Shown: one piece after another, positions 1 to 15,053 of the stretch | Layout: each line of letters starts with the position of its first letter | How positions within the stretch are numbered: the first letter of the stretch is position 1 | Notes under the pieces: model-generated | The model's input: only the letters and a program-made list of their open reading frames with translations | Told to the model about the DNA's origin: nothing | Databases searched by the model: none | Program-made: the position numbers and the translations under genes | From: Dehalococcoidia bacterium | GTDB taxonomy: Bacteria; Chloroflexota; Dehalococcoidia; UBA2979 | DNA: 64,000 nt | Assembly: GCA_963667465.2 (NCBI GenBank) | Contig: CAXXDN010000002.1 | Span: forward strand, 1,344,001-1,408,000 | Direction of reading: 5' to 3'

Positions 1-810
1 GTGGTCTACGGGCCGCTCGGGCGCAGCCGCTCGCTGGCCCTGCACGAGCTGGAGTTCGTCGCACCCCGCGCGAAGTCCCCCGTGAAGGTCGCGCTCCCGG
101 GACCATATCTGCTGACGCGCATGATGTGGCTCGACTGCCTGACCGATCGTCCCTACGAGAGCCGCGAGGAGCTCGCCCGCGACGTGGTGCGTGTACTGCG
201 CGAGGAGGCGCACTTCCTGCTCGCCTCGGGCGCGGCGCTGGTGCAGTTCGACGAGCCGGCGCTGACGGAGGTGGTGCACGGCAGCCCCGGCGCCACCCGC
301 AGCTTCATGTGCGGCGCGCTGAGCGAGCGGCTCGAATCGGCCTCGGAGCTGGACTTCGCCGCGGGCCTGCTCGACGAGGTCGTGCGCGGACTCCCGCCCG
401 AGTCGCTTGCGCTGCACGTCTGTCGCGGCAACTGGACGCCGGACGAGTCGGCGGCCCTCGCCGGCGACTACCGCCCGCTGCTCGGCTTCCTCGGGCGCGC
501 GCCGGTGGGCACGCTGTTCCTCGAGCTGTCGACGCCGCGCGCCGGCGAACTGGCCGTGTTGCGCGACCTGCCCGAGGACAAGCGAGTCGCCAGCGGCGTC
601 GTTAACCAGAAGCTCGCCGCGGTGGAGCCGGTCGAGGAGATCCGCCGGCGCATCGCCCGTGCGATCGAGTTGTTCGGCGAGGAACGCGTGCTGCTGACCC
701 CGGATTGCGGCTTCGCGACCTTCGCGGACAACCCCGTCGCTTCCGCGGATGTCGCCGAGGCGAAGCTGCGCGCGATCGTCGAGGCGCGGGACCTGGTTCG
801 CGGAGGCTGA
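1..810 (+). CDS. Cobalamin-independent methionine synthase II family protein (MetE C-terminal-like, YxjH type), 5' end truncated by the window edge
   Basis: Zn-ligand motifs HVCRGNW, LFLE and TPDCGF; VQFDEP motif. Confidence 0.85.
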   Translation: MVYGPLGRSRSLALHELEFVAPRAKSPVKVALPGPYLLTRMMWLDCLTDRPYESREELARDVVRVLREEAHFLLASGAALVQFDEPALTEVVHGSPGATRSFMCGALSERLESASELDFAAGLLDEVVRGLPPESLALHVCRGNWTPDESAALAGDYRPLLGFLGRAPVGTLFLELSTPRAGELAVLRDLPEDKRVASGVVNQKLAAVEPVEEIRRRIARAIELFGEERVLLTPDCGFATFADNPVASADVAEAKLRAIVEARDLVRGG

Positions 811-897
811 GGCCGCGGGCCGCGTCGGCGTGCGCCGCTAGCGTTGACCCGCACGGCTGCCTACACTCGGCGCGGCGACGTAACGGCGGAGGAGCGC

Positions 898-2556
<1,659 letters not shown>

Positions 2557-2568
2557 GGCGCGCCCACG

Positions 2569-3060
2569 ATGCCTGACGCCGTCGACGCGATCATCGAGAG
2601 CAACGCACAGGCGCGCGCCGATCTGCTGGACGCGATCGACGCGCTGCCCGCCGAGCGGCGGACCGAGGGCTGGTACGGCCCGCAGCAGTGGTCCGTGCAG
2701 GACGTGCTCGCGCACCTCGCCCGCTGGCAGCAGGGCTGGAGCCACGCGCTGCGGGCCGTCACCGCCGGCGAACGGCCCGCGGTGCCCGGCTACGAGCCGA
2801 ACCGCGACGACCCGGAAGCAGCCGACGACGCTTACAACGCGGCCTCCGTTGCGGAGCTGCGCGGCCAGCCCTGGGAGACCGTGATGGCGCGGCTGCGCGC
2901 CGCCCGCGAGGAACACGACGAGGCGATCCGCGGCCTGCGCGCGCTCGAGCCCGAGCGCTATGCGGAGGGCCGCACTCCGTACCGCCTCGCGGACGCCGCC
3001 CACCATGACGGCGAACACATTGAGGCGATCCGCGCCTGGCGGCGGGAGCAGGGCGCTTGA
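2569..3060 (+). CDS. DinB/ClbS-like four-helix-bundle protein
   Basis: WSVQDVLAHL and C-terminal HHDGEH His motif. Confidence 0.75.
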   Translation: MPDAVDAIIESNAQARADLLDAIDALPAERRTEGWYGPQQWSVQDVLAHLARWQQGWSHALRAVTAGERPAVPGYEPNRDDPEAADDAYNAASVAELRGQPWETVMARLRAAREEHDEAIRGLRALEPERYAEGRTPYRLADAAHHDGEHIEAIRAWRREQGA

Positions 3061-3866
3061 TCGACCTGCTGCACCACGTCGGGATCGTCGTGCCGGACGC
3101 CGATGAGGCGCTCGGCTTCTACCGCGACGTCATGGGGCTGACCGTCGCCAAGGACGAGGTCGTCGAGGAGCAGGGCGTGCGCGGCGTGCTGCTGCCCTTC
3201 GGCGAGAACGAGTACGAGCTGCTTCAGCCCGTGCGCGACGACACCGGCGTGGCGCGCTTCCTCGAAAGCCGCGGCCCGACGTTGCACCACATCTGCCTGC
3301 GCACGGACGACATCCGCGCCGAGCTGGCGCGCATCCGCGCGCTCGGCGTCGAGCTGATCGACGAGGAGCCGCGCTACGGACTGGCCGGCGAGATCGCCTT
3401 CCTGCACCCGCGCTCGATGCACGGCGTGCTCGTCGAGCTCGCCGAGGTCGAGGACCGCCATGCCTCGTCGGAGAAGGGCTTCGACCACCTCGCCGCCCGC
3501 GTGACGGACTACGAGGCGGCGCGGGCCCGCTGGGGCGAGGTCGCCGGCATCGAGGAGCACGCTCAAATCCATGTCGAGGAGTCGGGGATGCTGATCGGGC
3601 AGTTCCCGATCGGGCAGTGCATGCTCGAACTGCTCGCGCCGAACGGGCCGGACTCGCCGCTTGCGCGCGGCGATCTGCGCGAGGGCGCGTCGCCGATGAC
3701 CGCAATCGAGGTCGCCGACCTCGATGCGGAGATCGCCCGCTACCGGGCGGCGGGGCTGGATGTGCCTGACGCTGTGGTGGGCGTGCTGCCGGGTACGCGG
3801 CGCTCGGAGATCAGCGCCGATCAGGCCTTCGGCATCCGCATCCAACTGCTGGAGTACGTCGGCTGA
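3057..3866 (+). CDS. mce: Methylmalonyl-CoA epimerase with a second, tandem VOC domain
   Basis: HHVGIVV, ELLQP, LHHICL, FLHPRSMHGVLVEL; mutase context; stop/start overlap with upstream gene. Confidence 0.8.
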   Translation: MIDLLHHVGIVVPDADEALGFYRDVMGLTVAKDEVVEEQGVRGVLLPFGENEYELLQPVRDDTGVARFLESRGPTLHHICLRTDDIRAELARIRALGVELIDEEPRYGLAGEIAFLHPRSMHGVLVELAEVEDRHASSEKGFDHLAARVTDYEAARARWGEVAGIEEHAQIHVEESGMLIGQFPIGQCMLELLAPNGPDSPLARGDLREGASPMTAIEVADLDAEIARYRAAGLDVPDAVVGVLPGTRRSEISADQAFGIRIQLLEYVG

Positions 3867-3950
3867 ACCGGCGCGCGGGCTGAGCCGGACGGCTTCGGCT
3901 TGGTAGACTTGCCGACAGGAACGCAGCAACGGTTGGCCAGGAGACTCCCC

Positions 3951-4361
3951 ATGACTGACGAGCAGGCGATCCGCGTCCTGATCGCGAAACCCGGCCTCGA
4001 CGGGCACGACCGCGGCGCCAAGGTGGTGGCCCGTGCCCTGCGCGATGCCGGGATGGAAGTGATCTACACCGGCATCCGCCAGACGCCCGAGATGATTGCG
4101 GAGGCGGCCCTGCAGGAGGATGTGCAGGTCGTCGGCCTCTCGATCCTCTCCGGCGCGCACCTCGAGCTGTTCCCCCGCGTCGTGAGCGCCCTCGATGAGC
4201 GCGGTGTGGACGACGTGCTGCTGTTCTGCGGCGGCATCATCCCGGAGGCCGACATTCCGGTGGTGCAGGAGCTGGGCTTCTCCGGCGTCTTCGGCCCCGG
4301 CACCAACACCGAGGCCATCATCGAGTTCGTCCGCGATCACGCGGCGAGCCCCACCGCCTGA
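3951..4361 (+). CDS. Acyl-CoA mutase small subunit (cobalamin-binding domain)
   Basis: [12 protein letters not shown] (DxHxxG), GLSILSG, GGIIP; AGGAG RBS. Confidence 0.93.
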   Translation: MTDEQAIRVLIAKPGLDGHDRGAKVVARALRDAGMEVIYTGIRQTPEMIAEAALQEDVQVVGLSILSGAHLELFPRVVSALDERGVDDVLLFCGGIIPEADIPVVQELGFSGVFGPGTNTEAIIEFVRDHAASPTA

Positions 4362-4367
4362 GCTGGA

Positions 4368-5333
4368 GTGGACGCAGCCGAGCTGATCGCGGGCGTTAAC
4401 GAAGGCGACCGGCGCGCCCTCGCTCGCGCCATCACGCACGTCGAGGCCGACACCAGGACGGGTCGCGCCGTCCTCGCGGGCCTCTACCCGCGGACGGGCC
4501 ACGCCCGCACGGTCGGCGTCACCGGCTCGGCCGGCGTCGGCAAGTCTACGCTCGTCGGGCGGCTGGCGAGGGCGCAGCGCGAGCGCGGGCGCAGCGTCGG
4601 GATCGTCGCGGTCGACCCCTCGTCGCCGTTCTCGCACGGCGCGATCCTCGGCGACCGCATCCGGATGCAGGACCTGACCTCGGACTCCGGGGTGTTCATG
4701 CGCTCGATGGCCTCTCGCGGCAACCTCGGCGGCCTCGCGGAGACCGCCTCCGGCGTGGTCGACGTGATGGACGCCGCCGGCTACGACGTGGTGATCGTCG
4801 AGACCGTCGGCGCGGGCCAGGACGAGGTCGAGGTCGCGACGGCGACGCAGACGACGGTGCTGGTCACGATGCCGGCGGGCGGCGACGAGGTGCAGTCGCT
4901 GAAGGCCGGGCTGATGGAGGTCGCGCAGGTGATGGTGGTGAACAAGGCCGACCTCGCCGGCGCAGACACCGCCGCGACCCAGTTGCGGGCGCTGCTCGCC
5001 CTCGCCGGCGAGCGCGCCTGGAAGCCACCGATCCTCAAGGCGGTGGCGCGGGCCGGCGAGGGTGTCGAGGAGCTGGTGGACGCGATCGACGACCACCAGG
5101 CGTACCTGCGCGGATCCGAGCACGCCGGGGAGGCGCGCCGCGATCTGGCGCGGGCGCAGGTAATCTCGCTCGCCCGCGCCGCGCTGCACCGCGAGGCGCT
5201 GGAGGCCGCGCGCCGCGCGGGCGTCCTCGAGCAGCTCGTCGAGGAGGTGGCCGCGCGCCGCCGCGACCCTCGCTCGGCTGCCGCCGCCCTGCTGCGGGGC
5301 GTGAAAGACGGCTGGGCGCGAGAGCGCGACTGA
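4368..5333 (+). CDS. meaB: MeaB/ArgK GTPase chaperone of B12 mutases
   Basis: GSAGVGKST, VDPSSPFSHGAILGDRIRM, ETVGAGQ, NKAD. Confidence 0.93.
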   Translation: MDAAELIAGVNEGDRRALARAITHVEADTRTGRAVLAGLYPRTGHARTVGVTGSAGVGKSTLVGRLARAQRERGRSVGIVAVDPSSPFSHGAILGDRIRMQDLTSDSGVFMRSMASRGNLGGLAETASGVVDVMDAAGYDVVIVETVGAGQDEVEVATATQTTVLVTMPAGGDEVQSLKAGLMEVAQVMVVNKADLAGADTAATQLRALLALAGERAWKPPILKAVARAGEGVEELVDAIDDHQAYLRGSEHAGEARRDLARAQVISLARAALHREALEAARRAGVLEQLVEEVAARRRDPRSAAAALLRGVKDGWARERD

Positions 5334-5352
5334 GGGCTACACTCGAAGGGCG

Positions 5353-6048
5353 ATGAGCCAGGACGAACGGCCCCAGCGACTGCGCGTGACGTACCGCAAG
5401 GCGGACACGCTGCGCTACATCGCGCACCTGGACCTGATGCGCACGTGGGAGCGCAGCCTGCGGCGCGCGCGCCTGCCACTCGCCTACACCCAGGGCTTCA
5501 CGCCGCACGCGCGGATCGCCCTCGGCGCGCCGCTGCCCGTCGGCACCGTCGGCGAGCGCGAGCTGCTGGACATCTGGCTGTCGCCGCCCGTCGCGCCCGA
5601 GGAGTTCGTGCGCCGCCTCCAGGCGGTACTGCCGCAGGGCCTGACGCTGCTCGCCGCCGAAGAGGCGGCGCACGAGTTGCCCTCGCTCCAGTCGCAGATC
5701 CGCAGCGCGACCTACGAGGTCGCCTTCGAGCCAGGCGCCCTCGACGCTGCCGAGGTCGGGGCGCGGCTCGCTGCGCTGCTCGCCCTCGACACGCTCGACT
5801 GGGAGGAGCAGCGCGGCGCGAAGACGCGGCGCTACGACCTGCGGGCGGCGATCCGCGACCTCGCGCTGCGCGAGGAGGGCGAGCGGCTGGTCCTGGCTAT
5901 GGACCTGGAGCTGAACGAGCAGCGCACCGGCCGCCCGGCCTCCGTGCTCACGGCGCTGGGCGTCGAGGCACGTCCGGCGAGCGTCGTGCGCACCGCGCTG
6001 CGGCTTGGTGAGCCAGTGCTGGCGAGCGCCGGGGAGGGCCGGGCTTGA
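5353..6048 (+). CDS. Radical SAM-linked protein (TIGR03936/DUF2344 family)
   Basis: LRYIAHLDLMRTWERSLRRARLPLAYTQGFTPH signature. Confidence 0.85.
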   Translation: MSQDERPQRLRVTYRKADTLRYIAHLDLMRTWERSLRRARLPLAYTQGFTPHARIALGAPLPVGTVGERELLDIWLSPPVAPEEFVRRLQAVLPQGLTLLAAEEAAHELPSLQSQIRSATYEVAFEPGALDAAEVGARLAALLALDTLDWEEQRGAKTRRYDLRAAIRDLALREEGERLVLAMDLELNEQRTGRPASVLTALGVEARPASVVRTALRLGEPVLASAGEGRA

Positions 6049-6743
6049 TCGCCGCGTCGCGGGTCGCCTTCTTCGTGCTGCTCGTCGCGGTGGTGGCCTC
6101 GGTAGTCACGCTCCGCTGCGGCCGCGGCGAGAACGGCGAGGACGCCCGGCCGGAGGCGCCGGCGACAGCCACCACGGCGACCACGCGGACGGCGACGGTG
6201 ACGGCCACGCCCGCCTTGAGCCCAACCGCCACACCAACCGAGCCCGAGACGCCGCGGGCCACGCCGACGCCTCCGCCCACGCCGTCGGCGACGGCGACAC
6301 GAACGCCGGGTGCGGCGACGCCTCCGCCCGTCAGCGCCGAGGGCGTCCCGTACTCGCTCTCGGACCTCGCGGACGCGCTCGCGCCGGGCGGCGTCGTGCT
6401 GACAGATCTCTACGACCCCGCCTCCGCCTGCGCCGGCGCGGCGGTCGAGGGGCTGCCGTTCATGGCCGCGGAGGACGCGACCGAGGGGCGCTTCGCGGTC
6501 TGGGTGCTGTGGGTCTACCCGAACAACGAGGCGCGGCAGGAGGACTGGCGGACGGGGCAGCGCGCGGAGCCGCTGGTGGAGGGCTGCGAGCCGCCGAACG
6601 GCTTCCTCTACTGGCACGCCAACCTGCTGATCTGGTTCATCGGCTTCTACGGCGACGACGTCGAGCCCGGATCGCCGCCTCTCAGCCTCGAGGAAGTGCG
6701 GGAGCACCCGGTCCTGCGGGCGTTCCTCGGGCTGACGCCGTGA
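6045..6743 (+). CDS. Hypothetical membrane-anchored or secreted protein with Pro/Thr-rich linker
   Basis: N-terminal hydrophobic segment, ATPT repeats; 4-nt overlaps with both neighbours. Confidence 0.65.
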   Translation: MIAASRVAFFVLLVAVVASVVTLRCGRGENGEDARPEAPATATTATTRTATVTATPALSPTATPTEPETPRATPTPPPTPSATATRTPGAATPPPVSAEGVPYSLSDLADALAPGGVVLTDLYDPASACAGAAVEGLPFMAAEDATEGRFAVWVLWVYPNNEARQEDWRTGQRAEPLVEGCEPPNGFLYWHANLLIWFIGFYGDDVEPGSPPLSLEEVREHPVLRAFLGLTP

Positions 6744-7390
6744 ACGTACGCTTCCTGCTGCTGCGTCACGCCGAGGCCAGGGGCAACGCCGCCGGCCAGA
6801 CGCAGGGCCGCATCGATCACCCGCTGACGGAGCGCGGACACCGCCAGGCGGAGGCCGCCACCGAGGCGTTCGCCGCCTACCGCCCCGTCGCGCTCTACTG
6901 CAGCCCCGCCCTGCGCGCGCGCGAGACCGCGGCCGTCGCCGGCCGCGCGATCGGCCTCGAGGCGGCCGTCGACGAGCGACTTCACGAACTCGACCACGGC
7001 GACCTCGATGGCCAGACGATCGAGCAGATCCGCGAGCAGTACGCCGACTTCATCGAGCGCTGGCGCGACGAGGACATCGCCGACCTGCGCTTCCCCGGCG
7101 GCGAGACGATGCGCGAGGCGCAGGCGCGGATGCTCGCCGCCCTCGACGAGATTGCCGCCCGTCACGCGGAGGGCGATGGCTTCACGGAGGTCGCCGTTGT
7201 CTCGCACAACCTCGCACTGAAGGCGCTGCTCGCGCGCGTAATCGGCGTGCCGCTGGCGGCGGCGCGGCGCTTCGAGCTGGGCCTCGCCTCGCTGACCGTA
7301 GCGGAGCGGCGGCCCGGCGAGGACGACGAGCCGCCGGGCTGGTCCGTGGTCACGCTGAACGATCGCTGCCACCTCAGCGGGGAGGAGTAG
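6740..7390 (+). CDS. Histidine phosphatase (phosphoglycerate mutase family)
   Basis: LLRHAE, SPALRARET, ELDHG, PGGET, VVSHN. Confidence 0.88.
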   Translation: MNVRFLLLRHAEARGNAAGQTQGRIDHPLTERGHRQAEAATEAFAAYRPVALYCSPALRARETAAVAGRAIGLEAAVDERLHELDHGDLDGQTIEQIREQYADFIERWRDEDIADLRFPGGETMREAQARMLAALDEIAARHAEGDGFTEVAVVSHNLALKALLARVIGVPLAAARRFELGLASLTVAERRPGEDDEPPGWSVVTLNDRCHLSGEE

Positions 7391-7478
7391 CGCTCCGCCA
7401 GCCCGGTCGCCAGTTATTGTCGTGCGGCGGGGCGGCTGTTACGGTAAGTGCTGGCGGGTCCGGCGCTCGAGGGGCGCA

Positions 7479-7844
7479 ATGCGGTTCCATCTCCCCAGGC
7501 CGCGGCTGCTCGCCTTCGGCCCGTTACACGTCGTGTTCCCCCTGGTGGCGCTGCTGCTGGCGCTGTTCGGTTACGCCGCCCTCCAGACCGCCGCGCAGAA
7601 CTTCCGCCTGGCCGAGGAACGGCGCGCCGTCGAGACCGAGATCCACGAGCTGCGCACCCGCCAGGCCGAGCTCGAGGGCTTGCGCGAGTACCTGGTCTCA
7701 GACGAGTACGTCGAGGCCGTCGCGCGCAGCGAGTTCGGCCTCGTCTACCCCGGTGAGACGGAGGTCGTCGTCGATGCGCCGCCCTCGGAAGAGTCGGGGC
7801 GCCAGCCCGGCGAGCGCTGGTGGGAAGTGCTCTTCGATCGCTAA
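7479..7844 (+). CDS. Septum formation initiator (FtsB/DivIC family)
   Basis: TM helix, coiled coil, YVEAVARSEFGLVYPGE. Confidence 0.8.
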   Translation: MRFHLPRPRLLAFGPLHVVFPLVALLLALFGYAALQTAAQNFRLAEERRAVETEIHELRTRQAELEGLREYLVSDEYVEAVARSEFGLVYPGETEVVVDAPPSEESGRQPGERWWEVLFDR

Positions 7845-7910
7845 CGCGGCCTGACCCAGCCTGCTGCCCGCCGCACCCGCAACCCGCGCGCGGGGCGTTA
7901 CGCTGACCGC

Positions 7911-9005
7911 ATGACTGCCTTCGAGCCCTTGCAGCCGCTTCCCCGGCCGCGCGCCGAAGCACTCGCGCGCAATCGCGCGACGGGCGCATTCGAGCGGCGC
8001 GTCGGTGGCGCCCTCGGTGCTGCAGCTTCGGACGCGCGGCCACTGCTCGTAGCCTGTTCGGGCGGGCCGGACTCCAGCGCCGCGCTGGTCGCCGTCGTGC
8101 GCGCGCGGCAGGAGGCAGCAGGCGGCGAGGTGCTGGCCGCGACGTTCGACCACGGCCTGCGGCCTCCCGCGGAGACGCGGGCGGATCGCGCCGCAGTCGA
8201 GGCGCTGGCCGGGACGCTCGGTGTGCGCTGCCTGGCCGGGGCGCCGGAAGCGCCGATCGCGGCCTCGGAGGATGCGGCGCGGCAGGCGCGCTACCGCTGG
8301 CTGGGCGCCGTCGCGATCGAGGTCGGAGCCTCGGCCTGCGTGACCGGACACACGCTGGACGACCAGGCGGAGACGGTGCTGCTGCGGCTGACGCGCGGCG
8401 CCGGCCTGGCCGGCGCGGCGGGCATGGCGCCCGCTGCGCCGTGGCCCGTGCCGCTCGAGGGCGTGGCGGCCGCGGGAGACGCCGCGCCGCGGCTGCTGCG
8501 ACCGCTGCTCGGCGTGCGCCGCGCCGAGGTGATCGGCTACCTCGACGCGCTCAGGCTGGCGGAACACGGGCTCGCACCGCGCCGCGATCCGGGTAACGAG
8601 ACGCTCGTCTTCGACCGCAACCGCGTGCGGCGCAGGGTGCTGCCGGAGCTGCGGCGTCTGAACCCGCGCGCCGCCGAGGCGCTGGCCGGCTTCGCCCGCC
8701 GCGCCCGCCGCGACGACGAGGCGCTCGAGGTCTGGGCCGCCGCCGAGTCGGCGCGCATCGTGCGGGTCGACGGCGCGGGCGCGCGAATCGAGCGCGCGGG
8801 GCTGCGCGGCTTGCCGCAGGCCGTCGGGTCGCGGGTCTTGCGCGGCGCGGGGGCGGAGCTGGGGCTGACCCTGGCCGCGGACCAGCTCGAGGCGCTGCTG
8901 CGCATCGCGGACCGGCGTGGGGCGCGGCTGGACCTCGCGGGCGGCGAGGCGTGGACGGAGGACACGGAGCTGCGGCTCCGGCGGCGCGGGCCGGGCGGGG
9001 GCTGA
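7911..9005 (+). CDS. tilS: tRNA(Ile)-lysidine synthetase
   Basis: SGGPDS PP-loop, DHGLR, EDAARQARY, GHTLDDQAET, RPLL, RNRVR. Confidence 0.92.
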   Translation: MTAFEPLQPLPRPRAEALARNRATGAFERRVGGALGAAASDARPLLVACSGGPDSSAALVAVVRARQEAAGGEVLAATFDHGLRPPAETRADRAAVEALAGTLGVRCLAGAPEAPIAASEDAARQARYRWLGAVAIEVGASACVTGHTLDDQAETVLLRLTRGAGLAGAAGMAPAAPWPVPLEGVAAAGDAAPRLLRPLLGVRRAEVIGYLDALRLAEHGLAPRRDPGNETLVFDRNRVRRRVLPELRRLNPRAAEALAGFARRARRDDEALEVWAAAESARIVRVDGAGARIERAGLRGLPQAVGSRVLRGAGAELGLTLAADQLEALLRIADRRGARLDLAGGEAWTEDTELRLRRRGPGGG

Positions 9006-9018
9006 GGTCTGACCGCTG

Positions 9019-9046
9019 TTGCCCCTCGGCCGGATCGTGCTATCCT
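9019..9046 (+). promoter_or_regulatory. Probable sigma70-type rRNA operon promoter
   Basis: TTGCCC-16 nt-TATCCT with extended -10 TG, about 200 nt upstream of 16S. Confidence 0.6.
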
Positions 9047-9250
9047 CTTCGAACGCCTTCCGCAGGGAGCGCGTCGGACATTTACATCTGGATAGCAGTC
9101 AGAAGCAGATACAGGATTCCCGTCAATCCTGTGCGCGGCTGGGTTTCGGCACGTCCTCGTGGCGTCCGGGCGAAGGTGTGCGCGCGGGGAAATGTACGGC
9201 ACTCACGGTTGCCGAAGGCGCGGTTCGCCGCTCCGGAGACGGCCGGGTAT

Positions 9251-10735
<1,485 letters not shown>

Positions 10736-11085
10736 CTAGGGAGCACGAACCGGATCAGTCCGCGCCGCACGGTGTGTGGGGCGGCCCGGTCAGGAGCTCC
10801 AGGGTCGATCGGCGTTGTCGCCCGCCACTTCGGGGTTCGCCCCGGGGTAGCGGTTGCGAGGCGTGCGCGCCTCGCCGGCGGCAAGTCGGGTACGCGCACC
10901 GCGCGGACGAATCCGGCGCGCTGCTTCCGGCTGCTATCCAGCGGTAGATGTCCGCGGGGCCGGCCATGTGCCGGCCCCGGAGCGGACGGGCGCCGCCCCG
11001 GCAATCACGCCGCCTCTCTCAGTACGCCCGCGAGGGCGAACGCGGCGGAGGCGGCGGCCCGGCCACCGGCCGGCGATGCACGCGG

Positions 11086-11162
11086 GGGCCATTAGCTCAG
11101 CTGGTTAGAGCGCAGTCCTGATAAGACTGAGGTCCCTGGTTCGAATCCAGGATGGCCCACCA
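11086..11162 (+). tRNA. tRNA-Ile(GAT)
   Basis: Acceptor GGGCCAT/ATGGCCC, anticodon loop CTGATAA, TTCGAAT, encoded CCA. Confidence 0.97.
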
Positions 11163-11192
11163 AGCGCTTGCCGGTGCGCCGTAGCGGCGCGA

Positions 11193-11268
11193 GGGGCCGT
11201 AGCTCAGCTGGGAGAGCGCCGCCTTTGCAAGGCGGAAGTCGGGGGTTCGAGTCCCCCCGGCTCCACCA
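11193..11268 (+). tRNA. tRNA-Ala(TGC)
   Basis: GGGGCCG/CGGCTCC acceptor with G3:U70, TTTGCAA loop, encoded CCA. Confidence 0.97.
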
Positions 11269-11471
11269 CTCGCTTCAGGGACTGCCGAAGATGGCGACCA
11301 CGCCGCGCACGCGGCGTTGGCGCGGGGCTCTGGCCCCGCAGGCGCATTTCCAACGGAAGATGAACGTGACAAGAGCAAAGGCAACACGAACGGCGTTTGC
11401 CTGCGTTGCCGTCGCGGCCCCTCGGGGCTGTGGAGGCGGCGTGGGCGGAACGCGGAGAGTGCCTGATGAAG

Positions 11472-14422
<2,951 letters not shown>

Positions 14423-14582
14423 CTTCATCAAGCACCCTCGGCGTTCCCCGCCGTCGCCAACCGCTCCCCTCACGTTCGTCTTCCCGCGGGCTCCCCACCG
14501 GCGGCGCCCGCAACCGGGAGCACCGGAGCCGCTATACTGATTCCAGCCGGAACAGTGCCGGACCCGGAGCAATCCGGAACGT

Positions 14583-14657
<75 letters not shown>

Positions 14658-14665
14658 AACCAATC

Positions 14666-14700
14666 ACACGGGCGCAGCAACCGCTGCGCCCGTGTTGCTG
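14666..14700 (+). terminator. Perfect 13-bp hairpin after tRNA-fMet (terminator or processing signal)
   Basis: ACACGGGCGCAGC-AACC-GCTGCGCCCGTGT, followed by only a weak U tract. Confidence 0.5.
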
Positions 14701-14764
14701 TCCGGGGCCCTCGAGAGTGGCCCCGGCGCTTGCCCGCCACCGCGCCCGCCTCCATACTTGATGG

Positions 14765-14883
14765 TCCTGGTGGTTAGAGCGCGGTGGAACCACCCGTTCC
14801 CATCCCGAACACGGAAGTGAAACGCCGCAGCGCTGACGATACTCCCCGGGCAACCGGGTGCGGAAAATAGGCCACTGCCAGGA
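14765..14883 (+). rRNA. rrf: 5S rRNA
   Basis: TCCTGGTGG...CCCATCCCGAACAC...CTGCCAGGA; terminal helix pairs. Confidence 0.96.
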
Positions 14884-14888
14884 CTCAT

Positions 14889-14917
14889 GCGAGCCGGCCC
14901 ATACGGAGCCGGCTCGC
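14889..14917 (+). terminator. Hairpin after 5S (probable operon terminator)
   Basis: GCGAGCCGGC...GCCGGCTCGC inverted repeat. Confidence 0.5.
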
Positions 14918-15053
14918 TCCGTGTCCCGGCCCGTTCGCCCCGAGTTCGCCCCGAGGCAGAGCGCTACCGGGCCGCGTGATATGATCCCCCGGCTGCCGGC
15001 GGCCCGTAACAGGCCAGCGGCGGCGAACCCAGGACAGGAGGACCGAGCATACC

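Noticed and set aside
811-897. Possible cobalamin riboswitch upstream of the mutase genes
   Set aside because: The intergenic region is too short and no B12-box motif was seen; none was seen near 41942 either.
6160-6330. Repetitive ACG/CCG-rich tract (also 53270-53410)
   Set aside because: Encodes Pro/Thr/Ala linkers of exported proteins; not a DNA repeat element.
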